This document shows positions 25,788 through 35,641 of a DNA stretch of 64,000 nt, piece by piece. Source of the DNA: an uncultured delta proteobacterium (GTDB lineage Bacteria; Myxococcota_A; Polyangia; Haliangiales; Haliangiaceae); assembly GCA_963848295.1 (NCBI GenBank), contig CAWKDB010000010.1:1472001-1536000 (forward strand), given 5' to 3'. Every line of letters begins with the position of its first letter. Positions within the stretch are counted from its first letter, which is position 1. The position numbers were made by a program, and so were the translations under genes. The notes beneath the pieces were generated by a model that was given only the letters and a program-made list of their open reading frames with translations, had not been told where the DNA came from and searched no databases.

Positions 25788-26960
25788 ATGCGCAGCCTCG
25801 GGCTCGTCGCGGTCGTCGTCGCGGTCCCCTTTGGCTCCGCGAGCGCGGCGCCGATGCACGTGTCCGGTACGGTGACGAGCGCGGTCGCGCGCTGGACCGC
25901 GGACGGCAGCCGGATCGTCACCGAATCGATCGTGCACACGGTCGACGGCGACGTCGCGGTCAGTCAGCTCGGCGGCACGGTCGACGGCTTGACGATGCGG
26001 ACATTCCCGGGCCTGTACATCTTGCAGCCCGGAATGGACGTCGACGTCAGCGCGCACGGCGACGTCGACCTTTCGATGCAGCCGCACGTCGTGGTCGATG
26101 ATGTCGTCGTCAACTACACGCCGTACTTCGTGCGCACCGGCCCGACGAAGGCCGGCCACGACCTGTACTGGGAGTCGGGCTGCATCTTCGTCACGGTCGA
26201 CTCCGACGGCACCAAGGAGATCGCAGGCGACGACGAGTTTCCGATCGTCGACGCCTCGATCCAGACGTGGAACACCGACTGCGCATCGTGCTCGTACATC
26301 CAGGTCAAGAATCAGGGCAAGAGCGCGGCGCCGATGGAGGTCGGTAACGACGGCATCAACCTCATCAAGTTTCGCGACTCGTCGTGGTGCCGACCGGCGG
26401 TCGACGACGATCCCGCGCGCTGCTATCCCGACGCCGCCGCGGGCATCACGAGCGCGGTCTACATCGACGACGGCTCGAACTCGCGCGACGGTGCGATCGT
26501 CGATGCCGATATCGAGATCAACGGGGTCGACTTCGCGATCTCGGTCAACGGCACGACGCTCGGCACGCAGGCGTGCGACGCCGAGCTCCAGAACACCTTG
26601 ACCCACGAGATCGGCCACCTCCACGGCCTCGCCCACACCTGCCAGACTCCGAACGATCCGGCGAACACCGACAACGAAGGCAATCCGGTGCCGCTGTGCG
26701 GCGGCTCGCTGCCGACCGCGATCACCGAAGCGACGATGTATCCGTTCCAGGACTGCGGCGAGACCAAGAAAGAAACGCTCGAGACCGACGACACCACCGC
26801 GATCTGCGACACGTATCCGACGGCGATGGATCCTGGGACGTGCTCGCCGGTCAAGCTGCCCGGTGGCGGCTGCTGCAACGTGGGCGGGGATGGCGGCGGC
26901 CCGCTCGTGCTCGGTGGGCTCGTCGCCGCCGTGCTCGGTCGCCGCCGGCGCCGTCGTTAG
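25788..26960 (+). CDS. Matrixin-like metzincin protease with MYXO-CTERM sorting tail
   Basis: HEIGHLHGLAH, ATMYP Met-turn, C-terminal GGGCC-hydrophobic-RRRRRR. Confidence 0.88.
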   Translation: MRSLGLVAVVVAVPFGSASAAPMHVSGTVTSAVARWTADGSRIVTESIVHTVDGDVAVSQLGGTVDGLTMRTFPGLYILQPGMDVDVSAHGDVDLSMQPHVVVDDVVVNYTPYFVRTGPTKAGHDLYWESGCIFVTVDSDGTKEIAGDDEFPIVDASIQTWNTDCASCSYIQVKNQGKSAAPMEVGNDGINLIKFRDSSWCRPAVDDDPARCYPDAAAGITSAVYIDDGSNSRDGAIVDADIEINGVDFAISVNGTTLGTQACDAELQNTLTHEIGHLHGLAHTCQTPNDPANTDNEGNPVPLCGGSLPTAITEATMYPFQDCGETKKETLETDDTTAICDTYPTAMDPGTCSPVKLPGGGCCNVGGDGGGPLVLGGLVAAVLGRRRRRR

Positions 26961-27745
26961 TTCCCGAGGTACGGCGCGCCGTAGATATGGAGCTCGAGCG
27001 CGAACGACTCGGCACTGTGTACGAGGTCGACGCCAGCTGAGATACCGAGCGTCACGTGCGGGCTGAGCCAGACATCGACGCCGCCGCGCGCTTCGACGAG
27101 CAGTTGATTGTCCTCGATCGAGGTGCCGCAGTTCTTGCCGGTGGCGCCGCCCGGGCAGCTCGTATAGCCGCTCGGGAGCGCGGCGAATCGATCGAGCATG
27201 CGGTTCGCGACGACGAGCGCGCCGGTCAGATCGAACATGCCGATCCGCGTGTGCACGCCCCCGATACCGCCGGCATCGAACACCGCTCCGCTCCGACTGA
27301 TGACCGACGCGTTGCCGTCGACGGTCGTCACCAGCGTCGGCGAGCTCGTCGACCCAGCGTATGCGAGCTCGAACCCGACCAGCCAGTGGCGCCCGGTCAC
27401 GCGCGACCCGGAGCGAAAGCCCATCGCCCACATCGAGCCGCGCGGCATCGAGGCATGGAACGTCGAGCTGCCCGCGGCATTGTATACCGTCCCGGCACTC
27501 GCGATCGCAGGGAGCTCGACGTGCTCGACGACGAACGCCGAGTCTGCAACCCACGGCGAGAACCCGTCGATCCAGCGATAGGCCCACCGGTCGCCGAAGC
27601 TCGAGCACCGCGCGCGGCCGACGACGCTGCTGACCTCATGGCAAGGCCCCGCCGCCGCGAGCCGAGCCGCCGCGCAGACGATCGCGACCGCGAGCACCGC
27701 GCGGCTCACGACGACCCTCGAGCCGGCATGGCGAGCGGAATCCAT
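26957..27745 (-). CDS. Secreted hypothetical protein, probable outer-membrane beta-barrel
   Basis: Signal peptide, alternating beta-strand pattern (ARGGVDVWLSP..LGISAGVD). Confidence 0.6.
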   Translation of the reverse strand: MDSARHAGSRVVVSRAVLAVAIVCAAARLAAAGPCHEVSSVVGRARCSSFGDRWAYRWIDGFSPWVADSAFVVEHVELPAIASAGTVYNAAGSSTFHASMPRGSMWAMGFRSGSRVTGRHWLVGFELAYAGSTSSPTLVTTVDGNASVISRSGAVFDAGGIGGVHTRIGMFDLTGALVVANRMLDRFAALPSGYTSCPGGATGKNCGTSIEDNQLLVEARGGVDVWLSPHVTLGISAGVDLVHSAESFALELHIYGAPYLGN

Positions 27746-28155
27746 TGGTCGGCACCTTCGCGCTTCACGACGTGCCCGAGATCGACCTCCAACCTATCGA
27801 GCTCGCCGATCGAGCCGGCCATCTCCGGCAGGTGATACTCGAGGTGCTCCCAGCCTCGCGTGTTCGCGTAGATCCGCGCCGCGCCGATCTCGTGGTCCGG
27901 GTCGTACGGAATCAGCGCCACCCGTTCGCCGAAGCGATCGATGCCGGCGACGCGCAACTGCCGCAGATCGATCGGGACGCTGTGGTCGCAGCGATTGCCG
28001 AAGTCGATCTCGATGACCGGTCCTTCCGCCTCGCTCGGCCACGCGCTGCGCACGGTGACATCGATGCAGTCGAACGTGTGAACGTCGCCGTAGAGCGAGC
28101 CTGGCCGATAGGCCTCGGCGCAGCCAGCCAGTACGATCGCCCACGACGGTCGCAT
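27706..28155 (-). CDS. Hypothetical lipoprotein
   Basis: MRPSWAIVLAGC lipobox-like start. Confidence 0.55.
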   Translation of the reverse strand: MRPSWAIVLAGCAEAYRPGSLYGDVHTFDCIDVTVRSAWPSEAEGPVIEIDFGNRCDHSVPIDLRQLRVAGIDRFGERVALIPYDPDHEIGAARIYANTRGWEHLEYHLPEMAGSIGELDRLEVDLGHVVKREGADQWIPLAMPARGSS

Positions 28156-28324
28156 CGCCGTCAGCATGGACGCGGTCGATCCGACGTATTCGTGAAGATC
28201 GAATGGCGCTACATGAAGATCGAATGACTCGCCACTTGCCCCCGCCGTTGCCATCCCTCCGAGGCCGAATGCCGCGGCCGCCCGAAAACTCGACGTTTTC
28301 AGCGACGGCGTTATCCTTAACGCC

Positions 28325-28900
28325 ATGAGCTCCGGGCAGGCATGCCCTTCCTGCGGCGTTGCGGTCGTCCCGGGTTACGTCAAGTGTCCGAAGTGCCACG
28401 CACCGTTGCCGTTCGGCTCCGGGCGGCGGGTGCGTTTGACGATCGATCCGGGCGGCACGGCGGTCAAGACCGGCGAACGCTTCCCACTCGGCGCGATCGC
28501 GATCGCGGTGCTCGTCGGTGGTGGGATCATCGCGTTCTTCGCCCTGCGCGGCGACAAGCCGGCGACAACGACACCGCTGCCGGCCGTGGGCGATCTCGGC
28601 CCGGTGAAACCGCCGAGCGCGCCACCGCCGGTCGTGACCTCTCCGACGCCGGCGCCGAACGTCGTGCGACCCAATCCCGAAGCCGCGGCGGCCGATCTCG
28701 AGCAAGCGCTGCAAAAGCAGCGGCTGTGGTCGACCGTCACGGTCAGTAACGGCCGGGTCGAGATTCGTTCGGACTCGTGCAGCGACGCGGGGATGACCCA
28801 CGAGCTCGCCGCCGCCCACGGCGGGTTCCGCGCGGCCGGCCTCGCGAAGCTACGCTGCGTCGACCAGACCGGGCACGTCGTGTTCGAGCACGATCTGTAG
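28325..28900 (+). CDS. Zn-ribbon single-pass membrane protein
   Basis: CPSC..CPKC, one TM, Pro-rich linker. Confidence 0.7.
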   Translation: MSSGQACPSCGVAVVPGYVKCPKCHAPLPFGSGRRVRLTIDPGGTAVKTGERFPLGAIAIAVLVGGGIIAFFALRGDKPATTTPLPAVGDLGPVKPPSAPPPVVTSPTPAPNVVRPNPEAAAADLEQALQKQRLWSTVTVSNGRVEIRSDSCSDAGMTHELAAAHGGFRAAGLAKLRCVDQTGHVVFEHDL

Positions 28901-28904
28901 TAGC

Positions 28905-29148
28905 CGGCTCCGGCTCCGGCTACGGCTACGGCTACGGCTCCGGCTCCGGCTACGGCTACGGCTTCGGCTACGGCTCCGGCTACGGCTACGGCTACGGCTT
29001 CGGCTTCGGCTTCGGCTTCGGCTTCGGCTTCGGCTTCGGCTTCGGCTTCGGCTTCGGCTTCGGCTTCGGCTTCGGCTTCGGCTTCGGCTTCGGCTTCGGC
29101 TTCGGCTTCGGCTTCGGCTTCGGCTTCGGCTTCGGCTTCGGCTTCGGC
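28905..29148. repeat. Hexamer microsatellite (GGCTCC/GGCTAC then 25 perfect GGCTTC)
   Basis: Read directly; perfect GGCTTC run 28996-29145. Confidence 0.98.
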
Positions 29149-29195
29149 ACGTTTGAATCCGGCAAAGGGGCCGGACGCAACGCCGACGGCCGCGC

Positions 29196-29516
29196 TCACC
29201 GCGTGAGCCGGAACAGCATCGCGCGCACGCGATCGAGTGGCGCCTCGATCGCGGCGAAGTCGTCGGCGGTGATGTAACCGCGCGCCTTCGCGATGAGCAG
29301 CGCCGCGGACAGCTCGCGGGCGCTGCCGAAGGCGCGGCGGAACATGTCGGGCCGGTCGAGGCCGGCGCGTGCGCTCGCTTCGGCGATGTTCAACGCGATG
29401 CTCTCGGCGGCGCGGCCGATCTCGTCGGCGAGCGACTTGCGGCGCGAGCGAAGCTTCGGCTCGACCGGGGCGAGCTGTTCGAGGACGGCGAGCGACTGGG
29501 CGAGGACATCGAGCAT
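29196..29516 (-). CDS. Four-helix-bundle protein (23S rRNA IVP / Avd-like family), copy A
   Basis: LADEIGRAAESIALNIAEA..FRRAFGSARE signature; GAAAGG RBS-like upstream. Confidence 0.88.
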   Translation of the reverse strand: MLDVLAQSLAVLEQLAPVEPKLRSRRKSLADEIGRAAESIALNIAEASARAGLDRPDMFRRAFGSARELSAALLIAKARGYITADDFAAIEAPLDRVRAMLFRLTR

Positions 29517-29545
29517 GGCGTGGCCTTTCGTGGATGAGCGGACGC

Positions 29546-29732
29546 CCGATTCGCCGGGGCCGTCTCGCCCGTCGCGCCGCACTCGCGCCGGCGCCGTGAC
29601 GAGCGCGGGCACAAATCTCCGCACGCGTCGATCGATCCAACTCTGCGGCGGTCCTTCGCACGCGTCGGTGGTCCCGGCGCTCGGCACGGCGCTGGCGCGA
29701 AGCGGCGCAGGGCGACGGCCACGGCGAATCGG
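29546..29732 (-). ncRNA. Putative rod-like structured RNA/leader, copy A
   Basis: Long self-complementarity; homologous to 30152-30349 with compensatory stem changes. Confidence 0.6.
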
Positions 29733-29750
29733 AGGCCGCGAGGAGCGAAG

Positions 29751-30123
<373 letters not shown>

Positions 30124-30151
30124 CTAGAACACTCGACGCTCCTTCGCTCGC

Positions 30152-30349
30152 GCCGATGGGCGGAACGTCTCTCTCGCCCTGCGCCGCTTCGCGCTTGTCC
30201 CCCGCCGAGCGCCGAGTGCGCCGGCGTGTGAGAGCGACCGCCGCGGAGTTGGATCGACCGGCGCGTGCGGGAGGTGGTGCCCGCGCTCGTCACGGGACCC
30301 GCGCGAGTGCGGCGCGACGGGCGAGAGAGAGACGTTCCTACCCATCGGC
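30152..30349 (+). ncRNA. Putative rod-like structured RNA/leader, copy B
   Basis: Arm 30152-30194 pairs with 30301-30349; inner stems continue; GGAGGA RBS follows at 30360. Confidence 0.6.
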
Positions 30350-30370
30350 CACTCACTTCGGAGGATCTTC

Positions 30371-30694
30371 ATGTCGTTCTACGCCCTCGACTTCGCCCTC
30401 GCCGTCCTGCACCAGCTCGCCCCTGTCGAGGCCAAGGTTCGCCGCACGCGCAAGTCACTCGCCGACGAGATCGTCCGCGCCGGCGAGAGCATCGCGCTCA
30501 ACGTCAGCGAGGGCCGCATGCGCATTGGCCTCGATCGCCCCGACTTCTATCGCCGCGCCGCCGGCAGCGCGAGCGAGCTCACGACCGCGCTGCTGATCGC
30601 GCACGCGCGCGGCATCATCTCCGCCGAGGACTTCGCCGCGATCGACCGGCCGCTCGACCACGTCCGCGCGATCCTGTGGCGGCTCACGCACTGA
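30371..30694 (+). CDS. Four-helix-bundle protein (23S rRNA IVP / Avd-like family), copy B
   Basis: LADEIVRAGESIALNVSEG..YRRAAGSASE; 70/106 identical to copy A by manual alignment. Confidence 0.88.
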   Translation: MSFYALDFALAVLHQLAPVEAKVRRTRKSLADEIVRAGESIALNVSEGRMRIGLDRPDFYRRAAGSASELTTALLIAHARGIISAEDFAAIDRPLDHVRAILWRLTH

Positions 30695-30877
30695 GCGTTC
30701 GCGCCGGCTTCCGCGCCGGCGAACTGATTTCGGCCACCCTTCGCGCAAAGCACACGACGGTGCGGAGCGCCCGGCCGCGCCAGGTGTAAGCGGGGTGTCA
30801 GCAAGAGAACGTCGCCTCGTAAACGGCAGGATCCCGACAAATGTGACAGCGATGTCTTGAGCACCTCCAGTTCCCTT

Positions 30878-31329
<452 letters not shown>

Positions 31330-31342
31330 CGCCGCGAAGGTG

Positions 31343-31927
31343 CTACGGCGCGATCGCTGGCGCGCCCGGCGGCGGCGCGCCAGCGACGTAACCTTCGAGC
31401 TGGAGCTCGGACAACACGCCGTGCACGACGTCGGCCTCGTTGCGGCCGGAGAAGTACGTGTCGCGGAACGGCGTCAAGACGCTGAGCTGGGCGCATGGCA
31501 GTTGAACATCGGCGTCGGTGGTGCACGGCTCCTGGCCGTTGAGCGTGGGCTTGCCGACCAGCGCGATCCTCGAAGCTTGCGGGCCGGTCGGCGTGATCCA
31601 GGCATAGACGACCGAGCCGACATCGCGAGCGCCAATCGCGGCGTCGTCGTCCTTGTCGGCGGCGAGCGGACGGTTGGTCTTCGAGAACTTCAGCACGAGC
31701 TCGCCGGCGGGTGAATTGGCGTGCTGATCGAGCATCGCGTAGCCGCGCGTCTCGAGCAGGCGGACGACCTCGCGCGCGGAGTCGGCGATCGAGTGCGCGA
31801 GCTCGGCCCGTGAATTCTGGGGGCCGAGGTACGTCCAGCTCGACGCGAACTTGCTGGTCTCGTCGACGCAGGCAGTTAGACAAACGGCCAGAGCCAGGGT
31901 CGCGACGGTGGCGATGGATTTCCGCAT
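31343..31927 (-). CDS. Hypothetical lipoprotein
   Basis: MRKSIATVATLALAVCLTAC lipobox. Confidence 0.7.
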   Translation of the reverse strand: MRKSIATVATLALAVCLTACVDETSKFASSWTYLGPQNSRAELAHSIADSAREVVRLLETRGYAMLDQHANSPAGELVLKFSKTNRPLAADKDDDAAIGARDVGSVVYAWITPTGPQASRIALVGKPTLNGQEPCTTDADVQLPCAQLSVLTPFRDTYFSGRNEADVVHGVLSELQLEGYVAGAPPPGAPAIAP

Positions 31928-32005
31928 GCCGGTACGATGCGTCGTCGATACGCGCGGGTTAGTTAACGGCGCGTTGAGCAGTGTGAAGCGCGTGAATGGG
32001 GGAAG

Positions 32006-32647
32006 ATGACGGCGATGTTGCAACTGCCTCCCCCGCCCAACCTCGCCGAGCTTCCCCTCGTGATCGAAACGGCCCGGCTGCGGCTAAGGCCGATCGCGAA
32101 GACCGATGTCGACGATCTGTGGCCGCATGCTTCGAACCCCGACGTCGCGCGCCAGATGTCGTGGGAGGCCCATCGCGACTCGAGCGTGACCACCGCCTTT
32201 ATCGATCGCTGCCTCGAAACGCGCGCGAAGGGCACGGGCATCACGTGGGCGATCGAGCACGAGGGCCGCGCCTCGGGCTGTATCTCGCTCGATCGGATCA
32301 CCTGGCAGTTTCAAGCGTGGCGCCTCGACCGCTCCGAGCTCGGCTACTGGCTCGGCGAGCCGCTGTGGGGCCGTGGCTTGATGAGCGAAGCCGCGGGTGC
32401 AGCGACGCGCTGGGGGTTCGAGACGCTCGGGCTGCACAAGATCACGATCGGCTGCGTCGAGGGCAACCGCGCATCGCAGCGGATCATCGAGAAGCTCGGG
32501 TTTCGCTTCTTAGCGCTGTTTCAAGACGACTTCTACCGCGACGGCCGCTGGCAGGCGCACCGCCGGTACGAGCTGACCGTGGGCGAGTGGACGAACCTGT
32601 CCGATATCTCGACCACGACGCGGGTCAATAGACCTCGCCCGACTTGA
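32006..32647 (+). CDS. GNAT N-acetyltransferase, RimJ/RimL family
   Basis: IETARLRLRP, ELGYWL..WGRGLMSEA, NRASQRIIEKLGF. Confidence 0.92.
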   Translation: MTAMLQLPPPPNLAELPLVIETARLRLRPIAKTDVDDLWPHASNPDVARQMSWEAHRDSSVTTAFIDRCLETRAKGTGITWAIEHEGRASGCISLDRITWQFQAWRLDRSELGYWLGEPLWGRGLMSEAAGAATRWGFETLGLHKITIGCVEGNRASQRIIEKLGFRFLALFQDDFYRDGRWQAHRRYELTVGEWTNLSDISTTTRVNRPRPT

Positions 32648-32990
32648 TCCGGTCGATCATCGCGGCGAGGGCGCGCCGTGAGGCCTCGCCGAGGTCGACG
32701 ATGCGCACCCCAAACCCGGTCGGATACGAATCGCTCTCGGCGCTGCCCGGCTCGACCACGCGGACGACGACGACCTTGACCGTGACTGCCTCGTCGTGGC
32801 CGTAGAGCTCGAGCGACAGCGTCGAGCCCACCTTGAACGGATAGGCGCGCGCGACCTTCGTGTAGAGGAACAGCCCCTGCTCGGACAGATCGCGCGTGCG
32901 GAACACGAGCTCCTGACCACCGGCGCCGTGGACCTTGACGAACGCATCGACGCGGACGCGTTCCGCGCTGCGCTCCCGTTGGTCGGACAT
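32625..32990 (-). CDS. PilZ domain protein
   Basis: RxxxR (RSAER) and DLSEQG motifs, GFGVRI. Confidence 0.85.
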   Translation of the reverse strand: MSDQRERSAERVRVDAFVKVHGAGGQELVFRTRDLSEQGLFLYTKVARAYPFKVGSTLSLELYGHDEAVTVKVVVVRVVEPGSAESDSYPTGFGVRIVDLGEASRRALAAMIDRIKSGEVY

Positions 32991-33079
32991 GGTTGCACGA
33001 TAGCCGATCAATGCCGCGGCCAGCGCCTCGTGCACGGGCGAAATCGGCGTGGTAGCGTCGGGTCAACTTCTGAAAACCT

Positions 33080-35620
33080 ATGGACGTCCGCTGCGAGAAG
33101 TGCCAGACCGAGTACGAGCTAGACGAGAGCCGCCTCAAGCCAGGTGGCGTCACGGTCAAGTGCACGAACTGCGGGCACATGTTCAAGATCCGCAAGCGGA
33201 CGCCGACCAACGTCGGCCTTGCTGCGGTGAGCGACCAAGCGCGCTCGGCCGACCCGTCGCGAACGCGGAGGTCGTCGTCGAAGCCGCCGGTCGCGGCGGC
33301 GTTCGGCTCGGACCGGCCGCAGCGCGCCGACTCGATCCTCGGAGACCCCGACGCGGTGCGCGCCACGTCCGACACCGGCTCGGGACCGACCGAGGCGCGC
33401 CAGTGGATGGTCCGGCTCGAGAACGGCGAGAACAAGACGTGCCGCGAGCTCGCGATGCTCCAGCAATGGATCGTCGCGGGCGTGGTCACGCGCGAGGGCT
33501 TGATCTCGCGCACCGGCAAGACGTGGAAGCGGCTCGGCGACATCGCCGAGCTCGGCCAATACTTCACGATCGCCGACGAGGCGCGAGTGCAACGCGCCGG
33601 CCGCACGACCGGATCGCCGGGCGTTCCCAAGTCGACGCTGATCGGCGTCGGTGCCAAGGCGTCGTCTGCGGGCGGCACGATCCTGCCGGACGACGAGCCC
33701 GAGGTCGACACGCGGTCGACCGGCAACTTCGGCGCGCGTCGCGGCCGCACGACACCGCCGCCGCCACCGCCGTCGCGCACTCCGCCGACCGGCGCCCCGA
33801 TCAACAAGCCCACGACGAACCCGCTCGCGCAGACCGAGCTCGCGCCCGCGGGCGAATCGATGGCCGGCACGCCCCGACAACCGACCCAGCCGCCCCCGGT
33901 GCCGCGCAGCGCCGGGCCGAGCGGATCGCCGCCCCACGCACCCGCCGGCAATCGCAGCACCGCGATGTGGGCGAACAGCGAGATCAAGACGAGCGGCGAC
34001 GCGAGTGGTCCGCAGGGCCCGGTCGGCGGCAAATTCGGCGCGATCGCCGACGAGCCCGCGTTCGCCGGCCGCGTCCGCGGCGAGCCAGCCGACGAGTCGT
34101 CGTTCAATACCGGCAAGGTCCGCACGATCGACGACGACGACGATGCGTTCTTGCCGCAGCACAAAGGCTCGCGCGCCGGGACGGTCATCGTCGTGATGGC
34201 GCTCCTCGTGATCGCCGCGGCGGCCGCCGCGGTCTATGTCATCGTGGTCCGGCCGAAGAGCCAGGTCGCGAAGGCCCAGGATGCGGCGGTCGGCTCGGCC
34301 GTCGCGGTCGCGGCGCTGGCCGACGCGGCGGTCGAGGTCACGCCGATCGTCGATGCTGGAGTCGCACCACCCGAGCTGTCGGCGACCGACGTCGCGAAGG
34401 GCGAGTTGCTCGGCGGCGTCGAGTCGAAGCTGCGCGAATCACTGCGCGCGCTCGCCGCGAAGGACGATCCGGACAGCGAAGCGTTGCGCGCCCGGCTCGA
34501 AGCGACGCTCGCCGAGAGCGAGCTCGATCGCGCGGACTTCATCGCGGATCGCGTCGAGGCCGACAAGCTGCGCCGAGACGCGAAGCAGATGCTGATCGAA
34601 GCGGCGTCCCTCGCCCAGCGCTCGCTCAAGGCCAAGCCAGATGACGCGGCGGCCAACCTCGCGCTCGGCGACGTGCTGCGCCTTCAAGGCAAGCCGGTCC
34701 ACGAGGTCAAGCGCTATCTCGACGTCGCGCGTCGCAAGCTCGATCCGAAAGATCCGCTCGTCCGCGACGACCAGCTCGCCGAAGCGATGCTGGCAGCGCG
34801 AGATGGCAAGCTCGACGACGCGCTCAAGCAGCTCACGACGATCGCCGACGATCCGGCCGATACGCGGGTCAAGTTCCAGCTCGCGTTGATCGCATTCCGC
34901 CAGAACAAAGCGAAGGACGCCAAGCCGTTCGTCGATCAGATCCTCGCACTCCGCCCCGACCACGACGGCGCGAAGGCGCTCGCCAGCAAGCTCGCCACCG
35001 CGGTCGTGGGCACGGATCCGATGCCGCACGAGGACGGCAGCCACCCCGAGCATCCCGATCATGGCCCTTCGCAGCCGCCGCCCGAGACCGGTGGCGATTA
35101 CGATGCCCTCGTGGCCAGAGCGAACACCGCCGCGGAGAGCAACTGCACGAGGGCGATGGACCTGTTCGCGAAAGCGCTCGACTCGAAGCCCAATGGCGTC
35201 GAGGCGCTCGCGGGCATGGGCTACTGCCATCTCGATGCCAAGCAGTTCTCGAGCGCGTTCTCGAAGTTTCGCGCCGCCCTCGCGGTGTCGCCGCGCTACG
35301 AGCCCGCTCTGTCCGGGATCGCGGAGACGTATCAGCAGCAAGGCAACAAGGCCCAGGCGATCGAGTCCTGGCGCAACGTGCTCGTCGCCTACCCGAGCTC
35401 GACAAAGGCCAAGAAGCAACTCGAGATGCTCGGCGCCGGAGCGGGCGACAACGGCGGGGGCGCTGGCTCTGCGGTTCCGACTCCGACTCCGACTCCGACT
35501 CCGACTCCGACTCCGACTCCGACTCCGACTCCGACTCCGACTCCGACTCCGACTCCGACTCCGGCGCCGGCAACACCCGCGCTCGCCCCCGCTGCCGGCT
35601 CTGCCGGTTCCGCGCAATAG
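33080..35620 (+). CDS. MJ0042-type Zn-ribbon + GYF-like + TM + TPR protein
   Basis: CEKCQTEY..VKCTNCGHMF, WKRLGDIAEL, one TM, TPRs, PT-repeat tail encoded by (ACTCCG)n. Confidence 0.85.
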   Translation: MDVRCEKCQTEYELDESRLKPGGVTVKCTNCGHMFKIRKRTPTNVGLAAVSDQARSADPSRTRRSSSKPPVAAAFGSDRPQRADSILGDPDAVRATSDTGSGPTEARQWMVRLENGENKTCRELAMLQQWIVAGVVTREGLISRTGKTWKRLGDIAELGQYFTIADEARVQRAGRTTGSPGVPKSTLIGVGAKASSAGGTILPDDEPEVDTRSTGNFGARRGRTTPPPPPPSRTPPTGAPINKPTTNPLAQTELAPAGESMAGTPRQPTQPPPVPRSAGPSGSPPHAPAGNRSTAMWANSEIKTSGDASGPQGPVGGKFGAIADEPAFAGRVRGEPADESSFNTGKVRTIDDDDDAFLPQHKGSRAGTVIVVMALLVIAAAAAAVYVIVVRPKSQVAKAQDAAVGSAVAVAALADAAVEVTPIVDAGVAPPELSATDVAKGELLGGVESKLRESLRALAAKDDPDSEALRARLEATLAESELDRADFIADRVEADKLRRDAKQMLIEAASLAQRSLKAKPDDAAANLALGDVLRLQGKPVHEVKRYLDVARRKLDPKDPLVRDDQLAEAMLAARDGKLDDALKQLTTIADDPADTRVKFQLALIAFRQNKAKDAKPFVDQILALRPDHDGAKALASKLATAVVGTDPMPHEDGSHPEHPDHGPSQPPPETGGDYDALVARANTAAESNCTRAMDLFAKALDSKPNGVEALAGMGYCHLDAKQFSSAFSKFRAALAVSPRYEPALSGIAETYQQQGNKAQAIESWRNVLVAYPSSTKAKKQLEMLGAGAGDNGGGAGSAVPTPTPTPTPTPTPTPTPTPTPTPTPTPTPAPATPALAPAAGSAGSAQ

Positions 35621-35641
35621 GCCACAGTGTTATGAAGCGGC

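Noticed and set aside
35477..35562. (ACTCCG)n tract, and (GGCTCG)n tracts near 6295 and 46695
   Set aside because: In-frame Pro-Thr and Gly-Ser linkers within proteins.
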